From NCBI GenBank assembly GCA_964636895.1, contig CAZWUW010000003.1, positions 1 through 63,933 of the forward strand: 63,933 nucleotides of DNA. The letters are read 5' to 3'. The notes under the pieces were generated by a model. The model saw only the letters and a list, made by a program, of their open reading frames with translations. It was not told the DNA's origin and searched no databases. Numbering within the stretch: the first letter of the stretch is position 1; each line of letters begins with the position of its first letter. This document shows, piece after piece, positions 29,198-37,774 of this stretch. The position numbers and the translations under genes were made by a program. Source of the DNA: an uncultured Eubacteriales bacterium (GTDB lineage: Bacteria > Bacillota > Thermincolia > Thermincolales > CAZWUW01).

Positions 29198-30040
29198 CTA
29201 TGACGTCTTTGAAATAAATCTTTTCATCAGCCAATTTGCTGACAAGTTTATTATCAGGATAGTAATAATCAATACTGTAGCCGTAGCAAAGGCTTTATCC
29301 ATAGCGCCCACTTCCATGGCCACAAGGTATAAATGCATCGACATGGTTCTAGCCTGGTCAAAAACACCGGTAGGTATACGCAGACTACCTCCAAGTGTCA
29401 GCATTAAGGCTGCCGTTTCGCCAACTACCCGGCCAATTGACAGAATAATCCCGGTGATAATCCCCGGTATGGCGCTAGGTAAAACGACCTTGGCAATAGT
29501 CTGCCACTTCGTAGCACCCAAAGCCTGACTACCTTCACGATAAGACATAGGTACTGTTTTCAATGCTTCTTCCGCTGTTCTAATTATTGTAGGCAAAATC
29601 ATGGTAGCGGCAGTAAGTGAACCGGAGATCAGGGACCAACCTTTAGTTATAGGTTCCAACAGGATAACAAAAAAAGTAAAACCAAAAAGTCCAAAAACTA
29701 TAGAAGGGATACCTGCCAGGGCATCAGTCCCAAACCTGATAAACCTGGTCAGCATTCCGTCCCTGGTGTATTCGTTCAGATAAATAGCTGCGCCTACACC
29801 AATAGGGGTGGCAATTACCAAAGATAATAAGGTGAAATATACCGTTCCCAGAATAACCGGAAAAATACCGCCTTTAGCCCCCATTTTGCGCGGCTTATCC
29901 AGAAGAAAATTAAGATTTACGTGACCTAATCCTTCAAATAAAATATAACCCAATATCACAGTCAAAATAATTACCGTGGATATTGCGGCCGAAAGAAGCA
30001 CTGCTTTGGCTATTTTTTGATTTGTTTTGACGCTGGCCAT
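29198..30040 (-). CDS. pstA: Phosphate ABC transporter permease PstA.
   Basis: 280 aa, 6 TM. EAA-loop region ...REGSQALGATKWQTIAKVVLP. Overlaps the pstC stop. Confidence 0.9.
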   Translation of the reverse strand: MASVKTNQKIAKAVLLSAAISTVIILTVILGYILFEGLGHVNLNFLLDKPRKMGAKGGIFPVILGTVYFTLLSLVIATPIGVGAAIYLNEYTRDGMLTRFIRFGTDALAGIPSIVFGLFGFTFFVILLEPITKGWSLISGSLTAATMILPTIIRTAEEALKTVPMSYREGSQALGATKWQTIAKVVLPSAIPGIITGIILSIGRVVGETAALMLTLGGSLRIPTGVFDQARTMSMHLYLVAMEVGAMDKAFATATVLIITILIINLSANWLMKRFISKTS

Positions 30041-30948
30041 TATGCTCTGCTCACCCCTTTTTTCGCCACATAAGCAGCGATTGTATTCAGCAGCATAATT
30101 ACAATAAAGAGAACAATCCCGGTGGCAAAAAGTGCGTTCATATGATAGCCGGACGCGTAATTCATTTCAATAGCAATGTTTCCGGTAAGGGTTCGAACCG
30201 GAGCAAAAATTGATTGGGGTATTAACGGTGTATTCCCGGCAACCATTATCACCGCCATCGTTTCACCAAGAGCCCGGCCCATGCCCAACACAACCGCGGC
30301 GATAATCCCGGAAACTGCCGCCGGCACTATTACTTTATAAACCGTCTGCCAGTGCGAAGCTCCCAGCGCCAGAGATGCCTCTTTATACTCACGAGGTACG
30401 GACCTGATAGCGTCCTCGGAAATATTAATAACTGTAGGTAGAATCATAATAGCTAAAATAATTGCCGCCGACAACACACTAAAACCTTTTTGATACTGGG
30501 GGTCCAGAATACCGGATAAGTATGAACGCTGGAGATGCATAATCGTACTATTAATAATTACCATGCCAAATAATCCGTATACTACTGAGGGAATCCCAGC
30601 CAGGAGTTCAATAGCCGGTCTGACCAAGCGGCTGATTTTGGGATTAGAGAATTCCGCCAGATAAATGGCAGTGGCAACTCCAAGGGGAACGCCCAAGATT
30701 AGGGCACAGAAAGTAACCACAAAAGTACCGATAATCATCGGCAGGATGCCAAAAAACCCAGCGGTGGGACGCCATTCAGTACCCAGCAGAAATTTGGTCA
30801 GGCCTACTTTTTCAAAAATCGGCAGACCTTCTTTGATGACAAAACCACCTATAAAAATAATCACCACAACCGAGACAAAAGCACATGCTAGGAGCATTTT
30901 TTCGTAAAAAATTTCTCTTGTTTTATAATACAAAAACATCACTCCCAA
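30040..30948 (-). CDS. pstC: Phosphate ABC transporter permease PstC.
   Basis: 302 aa. Contains REYKEASLALGASHWQTVYKVIVP. The start is ambiguous (TTG at 30948 or ATG at 30939). Confidence 0.9.
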   Translation of the reverse strand: MGVMFLYYKTREIFYEKMLLACAFVSVVVIIFIGGFVIKEGLPIFEKVGLTKFLLGTEWRPTAGFFGILPMIIGTFVVTFCALILGVPLGVATAIYLAEFSNPKISRLVRPAIELLAGIPSVVYGLFGMVIINSTIMHLQRSYLSGILDPQYQKGFSVLSAAIILAIMILPTVINISEDAIRSVPREYKEASLALGASHWQTVYKVIVPAAVSGIIAAVVLGMGRALGETMAVIMVAGNTPLIPQSIFAPVRTLTGNIAIEMNYASGYHMNALFATGIVLFIVIMLLNTIAAYVAKKGVSRA

Positions 30949-30952
30949 AGGA

Positions 30953-30980
30953 ATATAGGGTGGATTAATCCACCCTATAT
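30953..30980 (-). other. Perfect palindrome/hairpin between pstS and pstC.
   Basis: ATATAGGGTGGAT-TA-ATCCACCCTATAT. Probably an intra-operon attenuator or mRNA-stabilising hairpin. Confidence 0.5.
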
Positions 30981-31015
30981 ATTATAACTTATTTTCGCTG
31001 CCTTGAAAGACTTTT

Positions 31016-31882
31016 TTATTTTGCTATCGAAATAAATTCTTCGGCAACAATTTTTTGTCCGTCCGGACCCAGTACATAGTCAATAAAGGTCTGAGTTGCC
31101 GCGTCCGGCGTACCGCTTGTGAGGAAAAGGAACGGGCGGGCTATTTTGTAAGAATCGTTTAACACATTCTCATCAGTTGCGTCTATGCCCTCAACTTTTA
31201 TTGCTTTTACAGAGGTATCCAGTGAACCCAGGGAGATGTAACCAATGGCATTTTCATCCTGAGATACGGCAGTTCTGACGGCCCCGGTAGAACTCTGTAC
31301 CACAGCACTGTCAATAAATTTGCCATCCTTACCCAGCACGATTTCCTGAAAAGCGCCCCGTGTGCCGGAAGCCTCGTCACGGTTAACCACAGTTATGGGA
31401 GCATCTTTGCCGCCAACTTCTTTCCAGTTTTTAATTTCGCCGTTATAGATTTTCTTGATTTGTTCCAGTTTCAGGTCGGTCACTTTACTTTGGGGATTAA
31501 CAACTACGGCAATACCATCTTTGGCAATTATGGTTTCCTTAAGACCAGCGGCCTTTTCTTCGGACTTCAGTGCACGGGATGATGTTCCAATGTTGGCAGT
31601 TTTATCCTGAGCAGCTTTCACACCTGCGCTGGAACCACCGCCGGCCACATCAACCTTAATGTCTTTATTGACTTCCTCAAAAGCCTGGGCCAGTTCTTCA
31701 GCCAACGGTTGTACGGATGTGGATCCGGCAATATTTACTTTGCCGCTTGCTTTTTCGGTGCTTTCAGTATTCTGACCTTCAGTTTTGGGCTCCTCTTGCT
31801 TGCCGCAACCTACCACGGCTACCATTGCAGACAAAACTATGACCATTAAAACTACTAACTTTGCTTTTTTCCAGGTCATCAT
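31016..31882 (-). CDS. pstS: Phosphate-binding lipoprotein PstS.
   Basis: 288 aa. Lipobox VVGCG, then GSTSVQPL, GGGSSAG and RDEASGTRGAF. PBP-like-2 phosphate-binding pattern. Confidence 0.9.
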   Translation of the reverse strand: MMTWKKAKLVVLMVIVLSAMVAVVGCGKQEEPKTEGQNTESTEKASGKVNIAGSTSVQPLAEELAQAFEEVNKDIKVDVAGGGSSAGVKAAQDKTANIGTSSRALKSEEKAAGLKETIIAKDGIAVVVNPQSKVTDLKLEQIKKIYNGEIKNWKEVGGKDAPITVVNRDEASGTRGAFQEIVLGKDGKFIDSAVVQSSTGAVRTAVSQDENAIGYISLGSLDTSVKAIKVEGIDATDENVLNDSYKIARPFLFLTSGTPDAATQTFIDYVLGPDGQKIVAEEFISIAK

Positions 31883-31957
31883 GCTTTTGTGCTTCCCCCT
31901 TTAATTTTAACTTTATTTTTTGTGGTGGTTGCATTTTCATGTCCACCTATATTAAGA

Positions 31958-32032
31958 ATTATATATCAACTTTGTAAAATGCCAATTAGCAACCTGTTAA
32001 CTTTGTATTAATATATGTTAAGAAATTGTTAA
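31958..32032 (-). promoter_or_regulatory. Pho-box array plus -10 element upstream of pstS-pstC-pstA.
   Basis: Minus strand: TTAACA(32032)-n5-TTAACA-n4-TTAATA-n5-TTAACA-n6-TAATTG-n4-TTTACA(31978-31973)-n9-TATAAT(31963-31958). The hexamers are phased at 10-11 bp, as for B. subtilis PhoP TT(A/T/C)ACA repeats. Confidence 0.6.
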
Positions 32033-32503
32033 CTAGTGCTTGGTGAATCTGTCTGCCACTTTGCTGGCTGCATAGGACCAGGGTTTGACGCGGGCTAGAA
32101 AACCGCTGGTGTTAATCATGGCAACTACTTGTTGAATTAATTCTCTGGTTTTGCCCTGCTCTCCTACATCGAGATGAATTTCTACCGTCACCCGGGAACT
32201 GTAAGCGGTAAAATAATCTATTATGCTTCCGGCTAACTCCAGGCTCTGGGACGCTTCGGAAAAAATTCTTTGCTTAAAGGAAGTCAAATTCTTTTGCCGC
32301 GCCTTGGTATAGTAAAATCGGGCACCTTTGCCTACCCGGTGAATAATAACGGCGGTAACAAAACAAGTCACCTTCCCTGGCTGGGAATCTGTCCCGATGG
32401 TCAGGCGATAACAGTCCTTCGGGTGCGCTACTATAAAATCCGTAATATCCCGCAGCATTTCCTCCATACTAAGTCGTCCTTTGGTGGGGCTGATAAAATC
32501 CAT
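32033..32503 (-). CDS. YkuK/DUF458 family (RNase H-like fold) protein.
   Basis: The ORF track extends to 32512 (GTG). I prefer the ATG at 32503 (GGAGAGGAG 8 nt upstream). Contains ...YRLTIGTDSQ...VTAVIIHRVGKGARFYY... Confidence 0.6.
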   Translation of the reverse strand: MDFISPTKGRLSMEEMLRDITDFIVAHPKDCYRLTIGTDSQPGKVTCFVTAVIIHRVGKGARFYYTKARQKNLTSFKQRIFSEASQSLELAGSIIDYFTAYSSRVTVEIHLDVGEQGKTRELIQQVVAMINTSGFLARVKPWSYAASKVADRFTKH

Positions 32504-32674
32504 TATCAACACTCCTCTCCCATGCCCTTGCTATAAGTTTGTGCATTTATGCAAACAAATAGACACTGGTCTCTTGCCAGCGTCTATTCACAGTTATCAG
32601 TAAGAAAACACAGGCCTGTATGCAAAGTCATGTTGCTTCCCCCTCACTTTTCTTCTTATTTTATACTATTCAAT

Positions 32675-32721
32675 TTAACACTGTATTAATTCCGTGTTAA
32701 ATATTATAAAACCTTTATAAT
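32675..32721 (+). promoter_or_regulatory. Possible Pho-box-like repeats plus -10 upstream of the glycosyltransferase operon.
   Basis: TTAACA(32675)-n5-TTAATT(32686)-n5-TTAAAT(32697)-n13-TATAAT(32716). The region is AT-rich, so chance matches are likely. Confidence 0.3.
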
Positions 32722-32854
32722 TCCACAGTTTTATTCATGCTTTCTTTTAATCTCAGCCTTTACATGAAAATGATATTGTACTATTATATTAAAAGGAAAC
32801 AAAACCTAGCCTTTACTATATTGTGAAACTTTGTACAAACTAGGAGGAGCCGTT

Positions 32855-34024
32855 TTGTCATTATTGGAGCAGGAAAACATAGTTTGTATTTCTTCAATAG
32901 ACTGGGATCCTATTTGGACCAGGAAACAGCAGGTAATGTCCCGGTTACCCAAATCAAATAAAATCCTGTATGTCGAACCACCCATTACATTGATTTCCCC
33001 GTTCAAAGATCCGTCACTGTGGGGAAAATGGCGTCTATGGCGGCAGGGCATCCGTAAATTGCAAGAAAACCTTTATCTGTGGTCACCACCTGTAATTTTA
33101 CCTTTTGGCAATAAATACAGGTTGATTAACCGTTTAAATCAGTGGTGGCTGGCCCTTTTTTTGCGCCGGATAATGAAAAATCTAGACATGGAAAACAACA
33201 TATTATGGACCTACATGCCAAATTCCGCCGATATTACCGATTTGCTTGAACATAAACTGCTGGTGTATGATTGTGTGGATGAACACTCGGAATACACCGG
33301 GCTAATCAATAAACAGGTTATGTTGCACATGGAGCAGGATTTGTTGCGGCAGTGCGACTTTACTTTTGTTACCGCTGCCGGCCTCTATAATACAAAAAAA
33401 GATTTTGCCAGGCGAATGTATTATTTACCTAATGCTGCCAATGTTGAGCTGTTTATGCAGGCCCAGAACCCGGCAACCCTTATTCCTGCCGAGATGGCGG
33501 CAATAAACAGACCTGTTATCGGTTTTGTGGGCGTGATCCAGGACTGGGTAGACCTTGACTTGATTGCCCGGGTTGCAAAGAGTTACCCTGCCTGGTCAGT
33601 GGTAATGATTGGCCCTGTAGGCGTGGGCATAGATATATCCGGATTGCAAAAATTACCGAATGTACACTTGCTCGGACGCAAAGATGTAAAAGAACTTCCC
33701 GGTTACATTAAAGCTTTCGACGTATGTCTGAATGCTTTTAAATTAAATGAATTAACGGACAAAGTAAGCCCCCTCAAGTTTTATGAATATCTAGCCGCCG
33801 GCAAACCCATTGTCACTGTTAATATGCCCGGTGTCCGCGAATTTGCGGATATTGTGGAAATTGCCAATACTGCAGATGAATTTGTATCTGCAGTTGCCAG
33901 GGCTGTTCAGGAGGAAACCCCTGATAAACTGGCGGCACGTCTAAAAAGGGCGCAGGAAAACTCATGGGAAAGCCGGGTGCAATTCATGATGCAAAAAATA
34001 AAGGAGGATGTTAATGAGTACTAA
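32855..34024 (+). CDS. Family-1 (GT-B) glycosyltransferase, TuaH-like N-terminus.
   Basis: The ORF track starts at 32831. I prefer the TTG at 32855 (AGGAGGAGCCGTT-TTG). Contains IVCISSIDWDPIWTRKQQVMSRL..ILYVEPP and a C-terminal E..LKFYEYLAAGKPIV. Confidence 0.8.
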   Translation: MSLLEQENIVCISSIDWDPIWTRKQQVMSRLPKSNKILYVEPPITLISPFKDPSLWGKWRLWRQGIRKLQENLYLWSPPVILPFGNKYRLINRLNQWWLALFLRRIMKNLDMENNILWTYMPNSADITDLLEHKLLVYDCVDEHSEYTGLINKQVMLHMEQDLLRQCDFTFVTAAGLYNTKKDFARRMYYLPNAANVELFMQAQNPATLIPAEMAAINRPVIGFVGVIQDWVDLDLIARVAKSYPAWSVVMIGPVGVGIDISGLQKLPNVHLLGRKDVKELPGYIKAFDVCLNAFKLNELTDKVSPLKFYEYLAAGKPIVTVNMPGVREFADIVEIANTADEFVSAVARAVQEETPDKLAARLKRAQENSWESRVQFMMQKIKEDVNEY

Positions 34025-35330
34025 TATGAAAGCTAATGGTAACAAGGTTGCTGTTTTTGGTTTGGGTTTTGTTGGACTGCCGCTGGCGCTGAGTTATGCC
34101 CTCAGGGGATGTGAAGTGGTCGGGGTAGATATTGACCCACGGCTTGTGCATGAACTGAACAGCGGCATCACCCACCACCTGGAGCGTTATCATGACACAC
34201 CTATTCAGCAAGTGCTCGCTGATGAACTGCGGAGTGGCCGTTTCCGGGCTACTACCGATGCCGGTGAAGCCATGAAAATATGTGACAGCTTTATCATGAC
34301 TGTCGGTATTCCGGTAAATGACGGACAGCACGACTTCAGCCATGTAGAGTCCTGTGCCCGGGTAATTGCCGGTGGTCTAAAGCCTGATGACCTGGTAATT
34401 GTCCGCAGCACACTGATTCCCGGTATGACGCGTAATTTTATCCAGCCGATTCTGGAAGAAAGTGGCCTGACTGCCGGCAAAGATTTTTATTTAGCTTACT
34501 CTTCTGAACGGATTGCCGAAGGCAAGGCTTTTGATGAATTTGAGAATATGCCTACTTTAATTAGCGGCATAAATGAAGCCAGCAGAAAAAGGGCTAAGGC
34601 TTTGATGAGCATTGTGACAAAAGCGGATTTAGTGGAAGCCTCTTCTTTTGAGGTTGTTGAGTCCGCCAAAGTTATGGAAAATGTTTCCCGTGATGTTAAT
34701 ATTGCCATGGTACAGGAATTTGCCCGTTTCACCAAGGCGTTGGGTATCGATATCTTTGAAGTAATCAAGGTTGCTAATACTCATAAACGGGTGCAACTGC
34801 TTTTTCCGGGCCCGGGAGTTGGTGGATACTGCCTACCTAATGCTATTCATTACCTGTCGCCAAAAGGTGATGAATTAGGCATTCCTTTAAAATTATTAAA
34901 ATTAGCCCGTAAGATAAATGAAGATGTCCCGGCTTTTGTTGCCGGACTGATTATGAAAAATTTGCCGGTGCCGCCCGCTAAAGCTAAAATTGCCGTACTG
35001 GGGATTGCCATGAAAGATTATTCCAGTGACGACAGGATAAGTCCGGCTCTTGACGTAATTGAACTTCTGCTTAAGTCAGGTATTGAAGTGGCGGCTTTTG
35101 ACCCGGCAGTGCCGACCAGGCACGATTTTTCCGTTGCTTCCCTGGAAGAAGCGGTTGAAGGTGCTCACGGTATTTTGGTCCTGGCCAGACAGGACGGCAT
35201 TGGCTATAATAATTTCAAGCTGTTTAATTCTGTCATGAGTAAAAACGGCACTCCTTTTATTGTAGACACCAAAAACTATTATGACCGAAATGAAGTGGAG
35301 GACGCCGGTATTAAATTAGAAACTTTATAA
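34014..35330 (+). CDS. Nucleotide-sugar (UDP-sugar) 6-dehydrogenase.
   Basis: VAVFGLGFVGLPLA Rossmann motif and catalytic Cys in GPGVGGYCLPN. The start overlaps the GT stop. ATG at 34014 has AAGGAGG 6 nt upstream. Confidence 0.85.
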   Translation: MSTNMKANGNKVAVFGLGFVGLPLALSYALRGCEVVGVDIDPRLVHELNSGITHHLERYHDTPIQQVLADELRSGRFRATTDAGEAMKICDSFIMTVGIPVNDGQHDFSHVESCARVIAGGLKPDDLVIVRSTLIPGMTRNFIQPILEESGLTAGKDFYLAYSSERIAEGKAFDEFENMPTLISGINEASRKRAKALMSIVTKADLVEASSFEVVESAKVMENVSRDVNIAMVQEFARFTKALGIDIFEVIKVANTHKRVQLLFPGPGVGGYCLPNAIHYLSPKGDELGIPLKLLKLARKINEDVPAFVAGLIMKNLPVPPAKAKIAVLGIAMKDYSSDDRISPALDVIELLLKSGIEVAAFDPAVPTRHDFSVASLEEAVEGAHGILVLARQDGIGYNNFKLFNSVMSKNGTPFIVDTKNYYDRNEVEDAGIKLETL

Positions 35331-35373
35331 AAACAAGCAAAAAAGCTCATCTTTTGAGCTTTTTTGCTTGTTT
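35331..35373 (+). terminator. Rho-independent terminator.
   Basis: 19-bp stem AAACAAGCAAAAAAGCTCA/TGAGCTTTTTTGCTTGTTT immediately after the dehydrogenase stop. Confidence 0.75.
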
Positions 35374-35386
35374 GGGAGGCCAGCCA

Positions 35387-36682
35387 ATGAAAAAGTATAC
35401 TGAATTAACGCTTGAACAACGTTTTGCCTTGCTGAGTTTTTTTGTTATTGCTGTGCTTGGCAGTTTGCTGGCCATAGGTAATTACTGGTTTAGCAGGAAC
35501 CAAATGCTGAATGCCTCAGGTGGGTACGCGGAAATATGGGTTAACTCCATAGTCAGATATCACCTACAGGAGTCGGATTTTAATCAGAAAATTTCAGCCA
35601 GCCGTTATGAAGAACTTAACCGGTTTATGCAAAACAATATACAGAGTAAGGATGTCAAACGTATAAAAATATGGGACCTTAACGGACGGGTGGTTTATTC
35701 CAATGAACCTAGTATTATCGGTAAAACCTTTAAAATTGGCGAAGGTTTGCATTCGGCCCTGAAAGGACAGGTATCCGCTGAGTTTGTGCCCCTTCTGGAG
35801 AATGAACATCAAACGGAAAGCGGACTGGCAGCCAGGCTGCTGGAAATCTATGCGCCAATTTTTTCCCAGGACCAAAAAATTATTGGTGCCTTTGAGCTGT
35901 ACATCAGTGACCGGGTACTAATAACCCATGTTAACAAGAACCGGTTGATGACACTGCTGTTAATTGCCTTCAGTCTCATATTGTTCTATTTTTCTCTGAT
36001 TGGTGTTTTCAGAAAGGCCTCCAAAACAATTGACACTCAACATAAAAGAATTGACACACTAAGTTCTCATCTGGATGATGCTTTATCATGGCAGGAAAAG
36101 AGTTATGTCGGCATCATCAAAGCTTTGCTGACCGCCCTTGATGCCAAGGATAGTTATACTGCCGGACATGCGATCAGGGTAACCGATTTTTCATTAAAAA
36201 TTGGCCAGTCCATGAAACTTTCACCAGAGCGTTTAAAATTACTGGAAGAAGCCGCTCTCTTCCATGATATCGGCAAAATAGGGATCCCCGAACAAGTGCT
36301 GAACAAACCCGCCAAATACAGTGAGGCGGAACGTATTGTTATCCAAAATCACTCTACTATCGGCTATGATATTATTAATTCCATACACTATTTTTCAGAA
36401 CATGCCAAAATTGTGCGGCATCACCATGAATGGTATGACGGCACCGGTTATCCGGATGGTCTTAAAGGGGCCGACATACCTCTGGAAGCTAGGATTCTGG
36501 CGGTTGCCGATACTTTTGATGCCCTGATCACAAACCGGCCATACAAACCGGGACTATCAACCGAGTTGGCGCTGGATATACTCCAGAACGAAAAAAATAC
36601 CCATCTAGACCCGGCAATAGTTGACCTTTTCATAAAATGCGAAGATGTGTTTTTTACACCCGGGCAACCCTTTACCAGATGA
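35387..36682 (+). CDS. Membrane-anchored HD-GYP domain protein (putative c-di-GMP phosphodiesterase) with an extracytoplasmic sensor region.
   Basis: ATG at 35387 after GGGAGG. Two TM segments flank a loop of about 150 aa. Contains HAIRV, HDIGKIGIP and HHEWYDGTGYPDGL. Confidence 0.85.
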   Translation: MKKYTELTLEQRFALLSFFVIAVLGSLLAIGNYWFSRNQMLNASGGYAEIWVNSIVRYHLQESDFNQKISASRYEELNRFMQNNIQSKDVKRIKIWDLNGRVVYSNEPSIIGKTFKIGEGLHSALKGQVSAEFVPLLENEHQTESGLAARLLEIYAPIFSQDQKIIGAFELYISDRVLITHVNKNRLMTLLLIAFSLILFYFSLIGVFRKASKTIDTQHKRIDTLSSHLDDALSWQEKSYVGIIKALLTALDAKDSYTAGHAIRVTDFSLKIGQSMKLSPERLKLLEEAALFHDIGKIGIPEQVLNKPAKYSEAERIVIQNHSTIGYDIINSIHYFSEHAKIVRHHHEWYDGTGYPDGLKGADIPLEARILAVADTFDALITNRPYKPGLSTELALDILQNEKNTHLDPAIVDLFIKCEDVFFTPGQPFTR

Positions 36683-36875
36683 CGACTGGTAAAAATGGGC
36701 GGTGTTTTTAAAACCTTCATCTGCCCAGTTTACGCCTTGTTCAAGTTGAGATAGAAATTTATCCACTATTCTGGCATAGACCGGCATCCCATCATTTTCC
36801 AAAATATCCCTGGCAAGTAAGTTGCAAAAATTCTCCGGCGACCGTTGAACTTGCCCCCTTTTCATTCGAAATTTG

Positions 36876-37772
36876 CTATTTTATTGGAATGAAGCCTTGC
36901 TCTTCTACAATTTGCTGTCCTTCCCGGCTCAAAGTAAAGTCTACAAATGATTTTATGTGCCCCAGAGGTTCACCGGCGGTATATAAATATAAAGAACGGG
37001 AAATGGGATAATCTCCCGATTTTACATTTTCATTACTGGGGTCTAACGCCTCTGCACCTGGTTTCAAGGCGATTTTTAGGATTTTTACATCTTTATTGGC
37101 TTTTGCATCACCAATGCCCACATAGCCGATAGCAGTTTTTTGTTTTGCTGTTTCTTCTGTTTCAGCCCGGGAAGTTTGAACAAATAATGTATTGGCACTA
37201 AATGGTGCGTCCTTCAGTACATGTTCCTTAAAATAGTCATGTGTACCTGAATTGGCTTCACGGGAAATGATTTTGATAGCTTCGTTTTTACCACCAACCT
37301 CTTGCCAGTTGATTATCTTGCCGGTAAAAATATCTCTTAATTGCTCTATACTTAATTGTGTTACCGGATTATCCTTATTTACTACAATAGCCAGACCATC
37401 CAGGGCTATAATAAATTCCTTCGGTTCAATACCTTTACTTATCGCTTCTTCAATTTCTGCGGGCTTCATTTTCCTGGAAGCATTGGCAATATCGGTGGTA
37501 CCCACGGTTAAAGCCTTGATACCGGTTCCCGAACCTCCGCCCACGACTGCCAATTGCGTATCCCGATTTTTCTCCATAAAAGCTTCCGCCATGGCTTTAC
37601 TTAGATAAACCATGGTATCGGAGCCTTTGATATTAATTACTTTATTATCAACCGTAATTTCGTTATTTTCTGCAACAGGTTTTTCCCCTGTTTTTTTTGT
37701 GCCAGTACAGCCTGTTAATAAGCCGGAAATTAACAAAACCATAATTCCTATGACAATCCTTTTTTTCATCAT
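36876..37772 (-). CDS. PstS-family phosphate-binding lipoprotein (third paralog), coupled to the chemoreceptor gene.
   Basis: 298 aa. Lipobox LLTGCTG, then GSDTM, GGGSGTG and SREANSGTHDYF. Its RBS (GGAGG) lies inside the last codons of the upstream mcp. Confidence 0.85.
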   Translation of the reverse strand: MMKKRIVIGIMVLLISGLLTGCTGTKKTGEKPVAENNEITVDNKVINIKGSDTMVYLSKAMAEAFMEKNRDTQLAVVGGGSGTGIKALTVGTTDIANASRKMKPAEIEEAISKGIEPKEFIIALDGLAIVVNKDNPVTQLSIEQLRDIFTGKIINWQEVGGKNEAIKIISREANSGTHDYFKEHVLKDAPFSANTLFVQTSRAETEETAKQKTAIGYVGIGDAKANKDVKILKIALKPGAEALDPSNENVKSGDYPISRSLYLYTAGEPLGHIKSFVDFTLSREGQQIVEEQGFIPIK

Positions 37773-37774
37773 TC

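Noticed and set aside
29085-29528. 147-aa plus-strand ORF beginning in the pstA-rsmD spacer.
   Set aside because: Most of it is antisense to pstA. It has no RBS, and the start lies inside a terminator-like hairpin.
32567-32597. Imperfect 12-bp inverted repeat AATAGACACTGG...CCAGCGTCTATT in the ykuK/GT divergent region.
   Set aside because: There is one mismatch, no flanking U-run on either strand and no recognisable operator family. It could be a 5'-UTR hairpin, but nothing further supports a function.
36605-36865. 86-aa minus-strand ORF starting 10 nt after the PstS-paralog stop and overlapping the HD-GYP 3' end by 78 nt.
   Set aside because: There is no Shine-Dalgarno sequence (CAAATTTCGA precedes the ATG) and no recognisable motif. 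I cannot exclude a real small protein, because about 190 nt would otherwise be non-coding here. It needs ribosome profiling or homology evidence.
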